DNA of 64,000 nt, taken from NCBI GenBank assembly GCA_965661265.1, contig CBFIDE010000010.1:6357-70356 (forward strand), given 5' to 3'. Origin of the DNA: an uncultured Schleiferiaceae bacterium (GTDB taxonomy: Bacteria > Bacteroidota > Bacteroidia > Flavobacteriales > Schleiferiaceae). Position numbers and translations under genes: made by a program. A model generated the notes under the pieces. The model worked only from the letters and a program-made list of their open reading frames with translations, did not search any database and was not told the origin of the DNA. Below, in pieces: positions 19,158-28,722 of the stretch; position 1 is the first letter of the stretch; the number at the start of each line of letters is the position of its first letter.

Positions 19158-21106
19158 CCCACCACACGATTCAGCCTTTCATTAATCTTAATTTTTAGTT
19201 TATTAAGATCATTCAAACTTGAGATGAGCTCTAAACTAGACCCAGAAGTTTCAAGCTCTCTTATTTTTAGCTTAATCTCATGTATAGATGCGCTCAATCT
19301 TAATTGTTTTAGTCTTAACTGACTTTCAATAGCAAATCTTGGAGCAAGCTCTTCTAAAGGAGTGACGTGTACCTTCTGTTTTTTCCAATTATTTAACTGA
19401 TGTTTCTCACTTATTAAGTCAGCAACTACATTCACAATTTCTTTATTTTTATTTTGAATAAGCTGCTGAGAACTAAGAACCTCTCCTGTAGTATTGAAAT
19501 GCTCTTTTATTGTTTCATAAACCAATTGATAAGGCTTATGATAGAAAGAAATATTATCTTGATCTAGTTCTAGGATAAGATATTCTCCAACCTTTTCTTC
19601 TTCAAATTCAACATTGTCTTTTTCACCTTCTTTTGTTTCTTCTGGAGGCATCATAACATTCGCAAAGTTTAGAAGAAGAGATAATACTGCTTTTTCTTGA
19701 AGGTATTCTTCAGAAGAAAGCTCTGATTGATTTTCATCTTTAATAAGATTTAATCGTACTTCTCGATCTTCCTCTCTTTTAGATTCTCTCTCAAGATCCT
19801 TGAAATTAGCCTTTCTCATTTGGGCTAATTCGCTGAAAAGAATCCTTTCTTCTAATTTTAAAAGTCGAGCACACTCTTGAACGTATGCTTCCCTTTCTAG
19901 GGCATCTGGAATGACAGCTATGCTTTTACAAATTTCTCTAGCAACCTTAGATTTTTCTAGAGGACTATCCCCGGCATCAGTCAATAAAAGTTGAGTTTTG
20001 TATTGTAAAAAGTCTTTTTTTTCTGCACTAATAAAACTTTCCAAGTCTTCACTACTGTGAGCCTTGGCAAAAGAATCGGGGTCTTGACCATCTGGGAATA
20101 ACAGAACTTTGACATTCATGCCTTCTTTTAGAATCATATCGATACCGCGCAAGGAGGCCTTTATTCCGGCTGCATCACCGTCAAATAGAATGGTAATATT
20201 ATTAGTAAACCTTTTAATCAGATTAATCTGATCTACCGTTAATGAAGTGCCACTAGAGGCAACTACATTTTTAACGCTTGCTTGGTGGAGACTGATTACA
20301 TCTGTATATCCTTCTACTAAAAGGCATTCATCCTTTTTACTCAATTCAGACTTGGCTTGAAAAATACCATAAAGAGTTTTACTCTTATGATATATCTCAG
20401 ATTCTGGACTATTGAGGTATTTTGCAATTTTAGCATTGGCTTCTAGAGTTCTTCCTCCAAAGCCTAATACTCGTCCCGTATGGCTTAAAATCGGGAACAT
20501 TACTCTGCCTCTAAAACGATCTGTATTATTGGAGCCATTAATTTTTACTAAACCACTTTTTTCTAGAAACTCTAATTGATAAGAGTCCTTTAAAGCAGCT
20601 TTTGAAAGAGCTTCATATTCATTTGGAGAATAACCTAATTGAAACTCCTTAATGGTTTGATCATTAAAGCCTCTTTCTTTAAAATATCCATGACCTATGA
20701 GTTTGCCTTTTTCACTCTCCCAAAGTTGTTTCTGAAAGTACTTATTAGCGTATTCATTGATTAGAAATAGACTTTCCCTTTCAGATCTCTGTTGCTTCTC
20801 TTCATCTGATTGACCAGTTTCCTCGATTTCAATATTGTATCTCTTTGCTAGAAATCGTAGAGCTTCTGGATAAGTGTAGTGCTCATGTTCCATTAAGAAA
20901 CTCACTACATTGCCACCTTTATTGCTACTAAAGTCCTTGAATATTTGCTTGGCCGGGCTCACCATAAAAGATGGTGTCTTCTCATTAGAGAATGGGCTAA
21001 GCCCTTTAAGACTGCTACCGTTTTTCTTTAAACTGACAAAATCAGAAATAACTTCCTCAATACGGGCAGTCTCAAAAATTTTATCAATGGTAGCTTGTGA
21101 AATCAT
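19154..21106 (-). CDS. dnaG: DNA primase
   Basis: Has a zinc-ribbon region (GLSPFSNEKTPSFMVSP) and TOPRIM motifs (LLVEGYTDVISL, FDGDAAGIKA). ATG 21106 lies inside the TTG-opened ORF that ends at 21115. Confidence 0.95.
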   Translation of the reverse strand: MISQATIDKIFETARIEEVISDFVSLKKNGSSLKGLSPFSNEKTPSFMVSPAKQIFKDFSSNKGGNVVSFLMEHEHYTYPEALRFLAKRYNIEIEETGQSDEEKQQRSERESLFLINEYANKYFQKQLWESEKGKLIGHGYFKERGFNDQTIKEFQLGYSPNEYEALSKAALKDSYQLEFLEKSGLVKINGSNNTDRFRGRVMFPILSHTGRVLGFGGRTLEANAKIAKYLNSPESEIYHKSKTLYGIFQAKSELSKKDECLLVEGYTDVISLHQASVKNVVASSGTSLTVDQINLIKRFTNNITILFDGDAAGIKASLRGIDMILKEGMNVKVLLFPDGQDPDSFAKAHSSEDLESFISAEKKDFLQYKTQLLLTDAGDSPLEKSKVAREICKSIAVIPDALEREAYVQECARLLKLEERILFSELAQMRKANFKDLERESKREEDREVRLNLIKDENQSELSSEEYLQEKAVLSLLLNFANVMMPPEETKEGEKDNVEFEEEKVGEYLILELDQDNISFYHKPYQLVYETIKEHFNTTGEVLSSQQLIQNKNKEIVNVVADLISEKHQLNNWKKQKVHVTPLEELAPRFAIESQLRLKQLRLSASIHEIKLKIRELETSGSSLELISSLNDLNKLKIKINERLNRVVG

Positions 21107-21112
21107 AGAAGA

Positions 21113-21120
21113 CAAAAATA
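21113..21120 (-). promoter_or_regulatory. Candidate -7 box for dnaG
   Basis: The minus strand reads TATTTTTG, 6 nt upstream of ATG 21106 and just downstream of the mscS terminator. Confidence 0.4.
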
Positions 21121-21141
21121 CACTTTGAGATTTGAATACAT

Positions 21142-21172
21142 AAAAAAAGGAGAGCGAAAGCTCTCCTTTTTT
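21142..21172. terminator. Terminator hairpin downstream of mscS (minus strand), upstream of dnaG
   Basis: A7-ggagagc-gaaa-gctctcc-T6, which is symmetric. Confidence 0.75.
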
Positions 21173-21190
21173 ATAACTATATATTGAATA

Positions 21191-22006
21191 TTAATCTTTG
21201 TGCAAGTGTATATCCATTTGTGGAAACGGAATACCAACTCCTTCAGCGTCAAATCTCTTTTTAACTTTTTCGTTAAGACTATTTACGACATCCCAATAGT
21301 GGGCATTGGTGGACCATGCTCTAAGATTGAAGTTAACGCTACTATCTCCCAAAGATGAAAGGAAAATAATAGGCTCAGGATCTTTAAGAACATTTTCATC
21401 AGAATTAACGATGTCTAATATGATTGCTTTTGCTTTGTCGATATCATCAGTATATCCAATTCCAAAAGTCATATCCAATCTTCTATTGTTGTGGAAAGAA
21501 TAATTAGTTAGAGTGCCATTACTTAAAACAGCATTTGGCACTACCACTTCTTGATTTTGAACAGTTGTAATATAAGTATAGAAAATTTGAATTTCTCTAA
21601 CTGTTCCGCTTACTCCATTGGCATCAATATAGTCACCAACCTTAAAAGGCTTTAGAATTAGAATTAAAATTCCTCCGGCAAAATTAGATAAGCTTCCTTG
21701 TAGTGCAAGACCAACAGCCAAACCAGCAGCACCAAGAATTGCAACAAAGGATGTCATTTGAATGCCTAACATACCGGCAACGGTAATTACCAACATTACT
21801 TTTAATAAAGCGCCTACAAGACTAGATAGAAATGGTCTTAATGACTCATCAATATCTCTTTTTATCATTGCTTTCCTAAAAATAGAACTGATTTTCTTAA
21901 CAACCCATAAACCTATTAATAAGGTTATTAAAGCCGTAACGATTTTAGTACCGTAAGTGATGGTAAGTGTACTTATGGTGTCCCAATAGTTTTCGATATT
22001 ATCCAT
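21191..22006 (-). CDS. Mechanosensitive ion channel family protein (MscS-like)
   Basis: TM helices followed by the PFKVGDYI beta-domain motif typical of MscS. Confidence 0.88.
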   Translation of the reverse strand: MDNIENYWDTISTLTITYGTKIVTALITLLIGLWVVKKISSIFRKAMIKRDIDESLRPFLSSLVGALLKVMLVITVAGMLGIQMTSFVAILGAAGLAVGLALQGSLSNFAGGILILILKPFKVGDYIDANGVSGTVREIQIFYTYITTVQNQEVVVPNAVLSNGTLTNYSFHNNRRLDMTFGIGYTDDIDKAKAIILDIVNSDENVLKDPEPIIFLSSLGDSSVNFNLRAWSTNAHYWDVVNSLNEKVKKRFDAEGVGIPFPQMDIHLHKD

Positions 22007-22032
22007 GTTTTTTTGTGTGTGATAATGTTTTG

Positions 22033-22040
22033 CAAACTTA
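22033..22040 (-). promoter_or_regulatory. Candidate -7 box for mscS
   Basis: The minus strand reads TAAGTTTG, 26 nt upstream of ATG 22006. Confidence 0.4.
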
Positions 22041-22077
22041 TGAAACCTAATGATTTAAAATACCATTGCCTTGAAAA

Positions 22078-23052
22078 TCACTTGTTTCGGGTAATTACGT
22101 AAAAAGAAAGCTTTTCCAAAGCAATACGAGCATCGTTTTCAGGAAACTCTTTTAGTATCTCAATGGCTTTTTCGTAGTAATTATTCATTTGTTCAGTAGC
22201 GTATTCAATCCCGCCTACCTCCTTAACCTTAGAGATTAGCTCCTTTACCTTATGCGTATTTTTATTAAATCGTTTTACAATATTGATAAGACTTTTCTTG
22301 TCTTTTTTAGAAACATTATTTAGGGTATAGATCAAAGGCAATGTCATTTTTTGCTCCTTTATATCTGCCCCAGTTGGCTTTCCACTTTTATTTATTTTTT
22401 CATAATCAAAAAGATCATCTTTAATTTGAAAAGCAATACCTAGGTATTCTCCAAAAAGCTTAATCTTATCAATATCCTCTCTTGATTGGTTGACAGAAGA
22501 AAAGCCTACACCGCAGCAGGAAGCAATTAAGGATGCCGTTTTCTGGCGAATAATATCATAGTAAATTTCTTCTGTGATATCTAATCTTCTGGCTTTTTCA
22601 ATTTGAAGAAGTTCACCTTCGCTCATTTCACGGACCGCTGTACTTACGATTTTTAAGAGTTCATGTTCTTCATTTTCTACAGCTAATAAAAGAACTTTAG
22701 AAAGTAAAAAATCACCCACTAAAACTGCAATTTTGTTTTTCCAAAGAGCATTTATAGAAAAGAATCCTCTCCTTCTATCGCTATCATCAACAACATCATC
22801 ATGAACAAGAGTAGCGGTATGCATTAGTTCAACTAAGGCTGCTCCTCTATAGGTGCTTTCGTTGATCTCGCCCATCATTTTAGCCGTTAGAAAAACAAGC
22901 AATGGACGCATCTGCTTACCTTTTCGCTTATAGATATAATAAGTAACTCTGTTCAAAAGGGCCACCTTGCTTGCCATAAAGTCTTTAAACTTAGGCTCAA
23001 ACAAATCCATTTCTTTGGCAACGGGGGCTTTTATTAAATCAAGTGTACTCAT
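22078..23052 (-). CDS. Polyprenyl diphosphate synthase (trans-IPPS, octaprenyl/solanesyl type)
   Basis: Two aspartate-rich motifs are present: LVHDDVVDDSD and FQIKDDLFD. Confidence 0.9.
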   Translation of the reverse strand: MSTLDLIKAPVAKEMDLFEPKFKDFMASKVALLNRVTYYIYKRKGKQMRPLLVFLTAKMMGEINESTYRGAALVELMHTATLVHDDVVDDSDRRRGFFSINALWKNKIAVLVGDFLLSKVLLLAVENEEHELLKIVSTAVREMSEGELLQIEKARRLDITEEIYYDIIRQKTASLIASCCGVGFSSVNQSREDIDKIKLFGEYLGIAFQIKDDLFDYEKINKSGKPTGADIKEQKMTLPLIYTLNNVSKKDKKSLINIVKRFNKNTHKVKELISKVKEVGGIEYATEQMNNYYEKAIEILKEFPENDARIALEKLSFYVITRNK

Positions 23053-23106
23053 ATTTGGCTAAGGTAAGAAGCTAGATTATCTAAAAAAGAAAAGCATCTA
23101 AGAATA

Positions 23107-24174
23107 TTACTTTGTTGGTTCAAAGGCAGGAGTAACGTCGTTTTTATTGGCCAATTGACCACAGGCAGCATCTATATCTTTTCCTCTACTTCTCCTAACT
23201 CTAACCACAGTGTTTATGTTCTCAAGTGCTTGAACATAAGCTTCGGTTGCTTCAGGTTCCGCTTGTTGGAATTCTCCGTCATCTATAGGATTATATTCTA
23301 TAATATTCACTTTTGATGGTATGCGTTTGCACAGCTTCACAAGAGCATCTATATCAACTTGTCTGTCATTAATACCTTTCCATATGACATACTCAAAGGT
23401 GGGCTTTCTTTTAGTGGCGGCATACCAATACTCTAATGCCTCTGTTAGATCTTTGATGGGATTAATATCGTTAATAGGCATAATCTTAGACCTCACTTCA
23501 TCAATCGCTGAATGAAGTGAAAGCGCCAGATTAAACTTTACGTTATCATCTGCAAGTTTCTTAATCATCTTAGCCAAGCCTACTGTAGAAACTGTGATTC
23601 TTTTTGGAGATATTCCCAAGCCCTCTTCAGAACATATTTTTTCTATAGACTTTAAGACATTGTTATAATTCATAAGCGGCTCTCCCATTCCCATGAATAC
23701 AATATTGCTGAGCTTTCTGTCAAAAAATTGTTCGGCCTCTTCTTGAATGGCAACTACCTGATCATAAATTTCATCAGCATTTAAATTTCGCATTCTTTTT
23801 AATCGCGCTGTAGCGCAAAATTTGCAATCTAAACTGCAGCCTACTTGGCTACTAATGCATGCTGTAATTCTATTGTCAGTTGGAATTAATACGGACTCAA
23901 CTATTCTTCCATCATGTAGCTTAACGGCATTTTTAATGGTCCCGTCAGTACTTCTTTGCATTTCATCAACACTGATATGGTTGATGACAAAATTGGAAGA
24001 AATATGATCTCTAAGTTCTTTGCTTAAGTTTGTCATATCCTCAAAGGATTTAGCGGACTTTACCCATAGCCATTCATAGACTTGTTGCCCTCTAAATTCT
24101 TTTTCTCCAATCTCTAGAAAGTACTTTTTAAGTTCATCCTTACTTAGAGCACGGATATCTCTTTTGTTCTCCAT
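23107..24174 (-). CDS. rlmN: 23S rRNA (adenine2503-C2)/tRNA methyltransferase, radical SAM
   Basis: Carries CSLDCKFCAT radical-SAM, GMGEPLMN and DIDAACGQL motifs. The conserved N-terminus starts at MENKRDIRAL (ATG 24174), whereas the ORF track extends to 24204. Confidence 0.95.
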   Translation of the reverse strand: MENKRDIRALSKDELKKYFLEIGEKEFRGQQVYEWLWVKSAKSFEDMTNLSKELRDHISSNFVINHISVDEMQRSTDGTIKNAVKLHDGRIVESVLIPTDNRITACISSQVGCSLDCKFCATARLKRMRNLNADEIYDQVVAIQEEAEQFFDRKLSNIVFMGMGEPLMNYNNVLKSIEKICSEEGLGISPKRITVSTVGLAKMIKKLADDNVKFNLALSLHSAIDEVRSKIMPINDINPIKDLTEALEYWYAATKRKPTFEYVIWKGINDRQVDIDALVKLCKRIPSKVNIIEYNPIDDGEFQQAEPEATEAYVQALENINTVVRVRRSRGKDIDAACGQLANKNDVTPAFEPTK

Positions 24175-24826
24175 TCTGCAAATGTACAATAGTAAACAGG
24201 ACAAGTATTTTATAGCGCTTAAAAAAGCATCTATTTTCTATGAAAATAAGAATGACATATCCGTGAATGTTTTCTCAGCTATAGCTGGAGAAGTACAAAT
24301 AGCCTATGAATATTCTTTGAACAATATTATTAGTGCTCAAGTTTTAGGTGGCTACACATTCAGGGATTTTATGGTTGAGACAATAAGGCTTGGATTGGAT
24401 GCCATGGATCATGAGTATGAAACTTCTCCAGTTTATGGAGTGAATTTTAAGCTTTTTAGGGAGGCGCTAAATTTTCTGTTGAGCGATATATTGGAATACA
24501 AGCAATATATAAAGAATACAGAAAATCGGCTGTTTATGAAATTGCTAATTTTGGATCGCCGGTTAAAAAAAGAAGAATTTGACACCTATTGGAATACAAC
24601 ATCTTTCACAATAATTTTTGGTAGACAAGTTGTTATAGGATCAACCAAGCCGAGTTTTTTATTAGATTATTACCTTGACTTAGGTTATTTGCTTGAAAAT
24701 TTATCATTTGTAACTACTACACAGGATTTATTTATGAACGAAAGTTTTGAAATGGAAGAAATCAGAAATTCAAGAGATTTTTCGATTACTATATTGATAG
24801 GTTGTAGATTGGGATTAGGAATTTGA
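24164..24826 (+). CDS. Hypothetical protein; start unclear
   Basis: ORF track. TTG 24164 overlaps the rlmN start region and the first ATG is at 24182. There is no signal peptide and I recognise no family. Confidence 0.35.
   Translation: MFSILQMYNSKQDKYFIALKKASIFYENKNDISVNVFSAIAGEVQIAYEYSLNNIISAQVLGGYTFRDFMVETIRLGLDAMDHEYETSPVYGVNFKLFREALNFLLSDILEYKQYIKNTENRLFMKLLILDRRLKKEEFDTYWNTTSFTIIFGRQVVIGSTKPSFLLDYYLDLGYLLENLSFVTTTQDLFMNESFEMEEIRNSRDFSITILIGCRLGLGI
24179..24186 (-). promoter_or_regulatory. Candidate -7 box for rlmN
   Basis: The minus strand reads TACATTTG, 4 nt upstream of ATG 24174. Confidence 0.4.
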
Positions 24827-24840
24827 TTTTCAGTTCAATA

Positions 24841-24869
24841 AAAAAGCCTCGATATTTCGAGGCTTTTTT
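24841..24869. terminator. Bidirectional terminator, copy A of a repeated hairpin
   Basis: A5-gcctcga-tatt-tcgaggc-T6 lies between the convergent 24164..24826 and queA. Confidence 0.8.
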
Positions 24870-24886
24870 ATTGGTTGTGTATTTAG

Positions 24887-25942
24887 TTAGATGATAAGCA
24901 TAGCATCACCATAACTAAGGAACCTATACTTTTCTTTAATAGCAACCTTATATGCTTCCATTAATAAATCGTATCCAGCAAAAGCGCTACACATCATCAT
25001 TAAGGTACTTTGAGGTGGGTGGAAGTTTGAAATCATGCAGTTAGCAACATTGAAGTCATAAGGAGGGAAAATAAACTTATTTGTCCATCCATCATTTGGA
25101 TTTAAATGACCTGAAGTAGAAACAGCACTTTCAATAGCTCTCATTGAAGTGGTTCCAACAGCACAAATACGCTTTTTAGCATTCTTTGCTTTGTTCACAG
25201 CATCAGCAGTAGTTTGATTCACCTTAAACTGCTCACTATCCATTTTATGCTTGCTTAAATCTTCTACCTCTACTGGTCTAAATGTACCTAGACCAATATG
25301 TAGAGTTAGCTCTGAAAATTCAACACCTTTAATTTCTAAACGCTTAATCAATTGCTTAGAGAAGTGTAAACTAGCAACAGGTGCTGCTACTGCGCCTTCT
25401 TCTTTCGCAAAGATTGATTGATATCTATCTTTATCCTCCTCGTCCGGTTCTCTGTTGATATACTTTGGAATAGGAGTTTCTCCTAATTCTTGAAGCTTAG
25501 CTCTAAATTCTTCATAAGATCCATCATACAAAAACCTTAAAGTTCTACCTCTAGATGTTGTATTGTCAATTACCTCAGCTACAAGGCTATCGTCTTCTCC
25601 AAAATAAAGCTTATTTCCAATTCTGATCTTTCTAGCTGGGTCTACTAATACATCCCACAGTCTAGATTCAGCATTAAGTTCTCTCAATAAAAAGACCTCA
25701 ATCTTAGCTCCAGTCTTTTCTTTGTTTCCATACATTCTTGCAGGAAAAACTTTAGTATTATTCAATACCATGACATCGCCATCATCAAAGAAATTGATGA
25801 TATCACTAAATTTATGATGTGTGATACTCTGGTCCTTTCTGTTCAGAACCATTAATCTACTATCATCTCTGTGTACTGTTGGGCGATCTGCAATTAATTC
25901 CTTTGGAAGGTCATAACTGTAATGAGAAAGTTTCATCTTCAT
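24887..25942 (-). CDS. queA: S-adenosylmethionine:tRNA ribosyltransferase-isomerase
   Basis: [26 protein letters not shown] and [12 protein letters not shown] are QueA signatures. Confidence 0.95.
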   Translation of the reverse strand: MKMKLSHYSYDLPKELIADRPTVHRDDSRLMVLNRKDQSITHHKFSDIINFFDDGDVMVLNNTKVFPARMYGNKEKTGAKIEVFLLRELNAESRLWDVLVDPARKIRIGNKLYFGEDDSLVAEVIDNTTSRGRTLRFLYDGSYEEFRAKLQELGETPIPKYINREPDEEDKDRYQSIFAKEEGAVAAPVASLHFSKQLIKRLEIKGVEFSELTLHIGLGTFRPVEVEDLSKHKMDSEQFKVNQTTADAVNKAKNAKKRICAVGTTSMRAIESAVSTSGHLNPNDGWTNKFIFPPYDFNVANCMISNFHPPQSTLMMMCSAFAGYDLLMEAYKVAIKEKYRFLSYGDAMLII

Positions 25943-26007
25943 AGCTTACGGGCTTTGATTTAAATTAATATGAGGGCTGCGAATTTACGGAAAAATGGAA
26001 TTGCTTG

Positions 26008-26535
26008 TTAGTGCAAATTAAAATGAGCTTCGATTAAATCGATAAAGCGCTCTTTTGTCTCTTCAGATTGAGACCAATTGTAGTCTGGCTCTACCATATT
26101 GTTGATAAAGTCCATAGCTTCATCTCTGCTCTCAAGGGTGTTTAATTGAGAAATAACTCTATTAAAGTTCTCCTGCTCATTATTAAACAGGTCTTTAATG
26201 ATTGAAATTCTGTCATTTAATCCCAATTTAAGTTCTGGGCCTTTTTTAACAGCTTTCATTTTTACGGCTGGGACAGGATCGGATTCCGTGATTTCTTCAT
26301 GAATTGTCTCTAGCTTTATACTTTCAGGTTCATTCATATTTACCAATTCCAAGGTATCTGAGCTTGGATTCTCATCTTCCTCTGACTCTTCAGATTGAAA
26401 GCTAATATAATTCTGAACTACAAGATTTTCATACATCATTTGTACCTGTCCCAAAAGATCATCAATGTCTAACTGATCATTGTCTAGAATATGTCTGCAT
26501 ATCTGATCTAATTCTTGTTTGAGATTTTCCTCCAT
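26008..26535 (-). CDS. Hypothetical acidic protein
   Basis: A 175-aa ORF with a strongly acidic central region ([11 protein letters not shown]). I recognise no family. Confidence 0.5.
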   Translation of the reverse strand: MEENLKQELDQICRHILDNDQLDIDDLLGQVQMMYENLVVQNYISFQSEESEEDENPSSDTLELVNMNEPESIKLETIHEEITESDPVPAVKMKAVKKGPELKLGLNDRISIIKDLFNNEQENFNRVISQLNTLESRDEAMDFINNMVEPDYNWSQSEETKERFIDLIEAHFNLH

Positions 26536-26554
26536 TCTTTAGTGTATCTTTCAG

Positions 26555-26562
26555 TAAATTTG
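26555..26562 (+). promoter_or_regulatory. Candidate -7 box for tdk-alr
   Basis: TAAATTTG lies 29 nt upstream of ATG 26592. Confidence 0.45.
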
Positions 26563-26591
26563 TAATTCATTCAAAAACGGAAAATACAAAA

Positions 26592-27173
26592 ATGTTTCTT
26601 GAAAATCCTGTAAATCAGGAAAACCAATGCGGCTGGATTGAAGTAATAACTGGCTCTATGTTTAGCGGAAAAACTGAAGAATTAATTCGGAGGTTAAAAC
26701 GCGCTCAATTTGCTCATCAAAGCATAGAAATATTTAAGCCTGAGATCGATAATCGCTATTCTGAGGAGGAGGTAGTAAGCCATGATCAGAACAGTATGCG
26801 ATGCACCGCTGTAAGCTCATCATCAAATTTATTAATTCTTGCAGATAGAGTAGATGTAGTTGGAATAGATGAGGCGCAATTCTTTGATGAAGGAATTGTA
26901 GAAGTTTGTAATGAGCTAGCAAATAGAGGAAGTAGGGTTATCATTGCTGGTCTGGATATGGATTTTAAAGGAAAACCATTTGGTCCTATGCCAAACCTAA
27001 TGGCCACTGCAGAATATGTAACTAAGGTGCATGCTGTTTGTGTTAAAACGGGAAATCTCGCGCATTATTCTCATAGAAAATCAAATGCCGACAGTCAAAT
27101 TCTTCTGGGCGAAAAGGATCATTATGAAGCTTTAAGTAGAACGGCTTATATTAAATCAAATTCTAATGGGTAA
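26592..27173 (+). CDS. tdk: Thymidine kinase
   Basis: Carries the P-loop [14 protein letters not shown] and [10 protein letters not shown]. Confidence 0.95.
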   Translation: MFLENPVNQENQCGWIEVITGSMFSGKTEELIRRLKRAQFAHQSIEIFKPEIDNRYSEEEVVSHDQNSMRCTAVSSSSNLLILADRVDVVGIDEAQFFDEGIVEVCNELANRGSRVIIAGLDMDFKGKPFGPMPNLMATAEYVTKVHAVCVKTGNLAHYSHRKSNADSQILLGEKDHYEALSRTAYIKSNSNG

Positions 27174-28683
27174 GCCTCTAGCTATAGATTCTTCTGATAG
27201 GATAAGCTTAGTTGAGGCAAAAGCTAATTCAGTTTTAGTCATAGATCCTTCTCGGGATTTAAAGAGCTTAGATAGAGCGCTGGATTTTTTGAATCAACAA
27301 GGCCTAGGAAGAGAAAAAATCTTGCTTGTTAATGGAAGTGATAATCCAGGCTTAATCGATAGGCTTAATTCTAAATTGAAAGTCTCAGGTCTTAAAGTCT
27401 TTATTTTAGGCTTAAAAGCTCAGAATGACAATGAAGACTACCCTATCGGATTAGAGTTCAAAGAAAGTTTAGAGCAACTTTTTCAAGAAGAAAGTAAACC
27501 AATATTTGAGGATAAAGCAATTCTAATTAAAGGGTTTAATGGCTCTGAATTGGAAAGGATTTTGACTGTCCTTGAGGAAAAATCGCATAATGCAGTTATG
27601 GAAATAGACCTCGGTAAAATGATCTATAACCTCAATTACTATCGCGATAAGCTTAAGAAGGAGACTAAGGCTATGGTGATGGTCAAGGCTTTTTCTTATG
27701 GCTCTGGTAACATTGAAATAGCCAAACATTTAGAACACCACAAAGTTGATTATCTAGGAGTGGCCTATGCAGATGAGGGGGCTGTTTTACGTAAGCAGGG
27801 AATAAAAATACCAATTTTGGTTCTCAATACGGATCCTAGCAGTTTTCAAACCATCTTGGATTATAATCTGGAGCAGGAGATTTACTCTTTTCATGTTTTA
27901 GAAGAGTATCTAGAATTTATTAAGAAGCATAATCGGGTTGAGGTTCCTGGAATACACTTGCAAATTGAGACCGGAATGAATCGTCTAGGCTTTGACCTCA
28001 AGCAATTGCCTCAATTAGTTGAGATAATAAACTCAGAACCTTTGTTGAAAGTGTTGGGTGTCTCTTCTCATTTGGCTTCCGCCGATTCCAATTCAGATGA
28101 GGAGTTCACGAATATGCAAATCGAGAAATTTAAGGAAGCTAAAAATTTTATTGCTTCTAAAATTGGTGATGAATTTTTAAGTCATATTCTGAATACCAGC
28201 GGTATCAGTAATTATCCTGATGCTCAATTTGATATGGTTCGTTTGGGGATAGGGCTGTATGGAATTACTTCAGAAAAAAAGGATAAGGAAAACTTACTTC
28301 CAATTAGCAGCTTAAAAGCACGTATATCTCAGATTAAGAAAGTGGACATGGGTGAGTCAATTGGCTACAGCCGATCTTATATCGCTGAAAAGCAAATGAG
28401 TATTGCAATAGTTAATATAGGCTATGCTGATGGTATTAAAAGAGAGTTAAGCAATGGTATTGGCTCCGTATTTTTTAAAGGAAAGTCTTTAAAGATAGTT
28501 GGAAAAGTTTGCATGGATATGTGCATGGTTGATGTTACCGGTATTGAAATTAGGATACATGATGAGGTGGAAATATATGGCGCAAATAAGAGTCTATATT
28601 CACTTGCAAATGAGATGAACACCATACCATATGAAGTGCTGACCAGTATTTCTCAAAGAGTAAAAAGGACTTACCTTTTATAA
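27166..28683 (+). CDS. alr: Alanine racemase with N-terminal degenerate Mur-ligase C-terminal-like domain
   Basis: From about residue 140 it has the PLP-lysine motif [18 protein letters not shown] and the C-terminal [12 protein letters not shown]. The first ~135 aa resemble a MurF C-terminal domain ([35 protein letters not shown]). Confidence 0.85.
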   Translation: MGKPLAIDSSDRISLVEAKANSVLVIDPSRDLKSLDRALDFLNQQGLGREKILLVNGSDNPGLIDRLNSKLKVSGLKVFILGLKAQNDNEDYPIGLEFKESLEQLFQEESKPIFEDKAILIKGFNGSELERILTVLEEKSHNAVMEIDLGKMIYNLNYYRDKLKKETKAMVMVKAFSYGSGNIEIAKHLEHHKVDYLGVAYADEGAVLRKQGIKIPILVLNTDPSSFQTILDYNLEQEIYSFHVLEEYLEFIKKHNRVEVPGIHLQIETGMNRLGFDLKQLPQLVEIINSEPLLKVLGVSSHLASADSNSDEEFTNMQIEKFKEAKNFIASKIGDEFLSHILNTSGISNYPDAQFDMVRLGIGLYGITSEKKDKENLLPISSLKARISQIKKVDMGESIGYSRSYIAEKQMSIAIVNIGYADGIKRELSNGIGSVFFKGKSLKIVGKVCMDMCMVDVTGIEIRIHDEVEIYGANKSLYSLANEMNTIPYEVLTSISQRVKRTYLL

Positions 28684-28722
28684 AAGATAAGCCCTTTTTA
28701 TATTTTTGAATCTAAACAGAGT

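Noticed and set aside
21306-21956. Plus-strand ORFs 21306..21503 and 21762..21956 inside mscS
   Set aside because: They are antisense to the MscS-family CDS and have no motifs.
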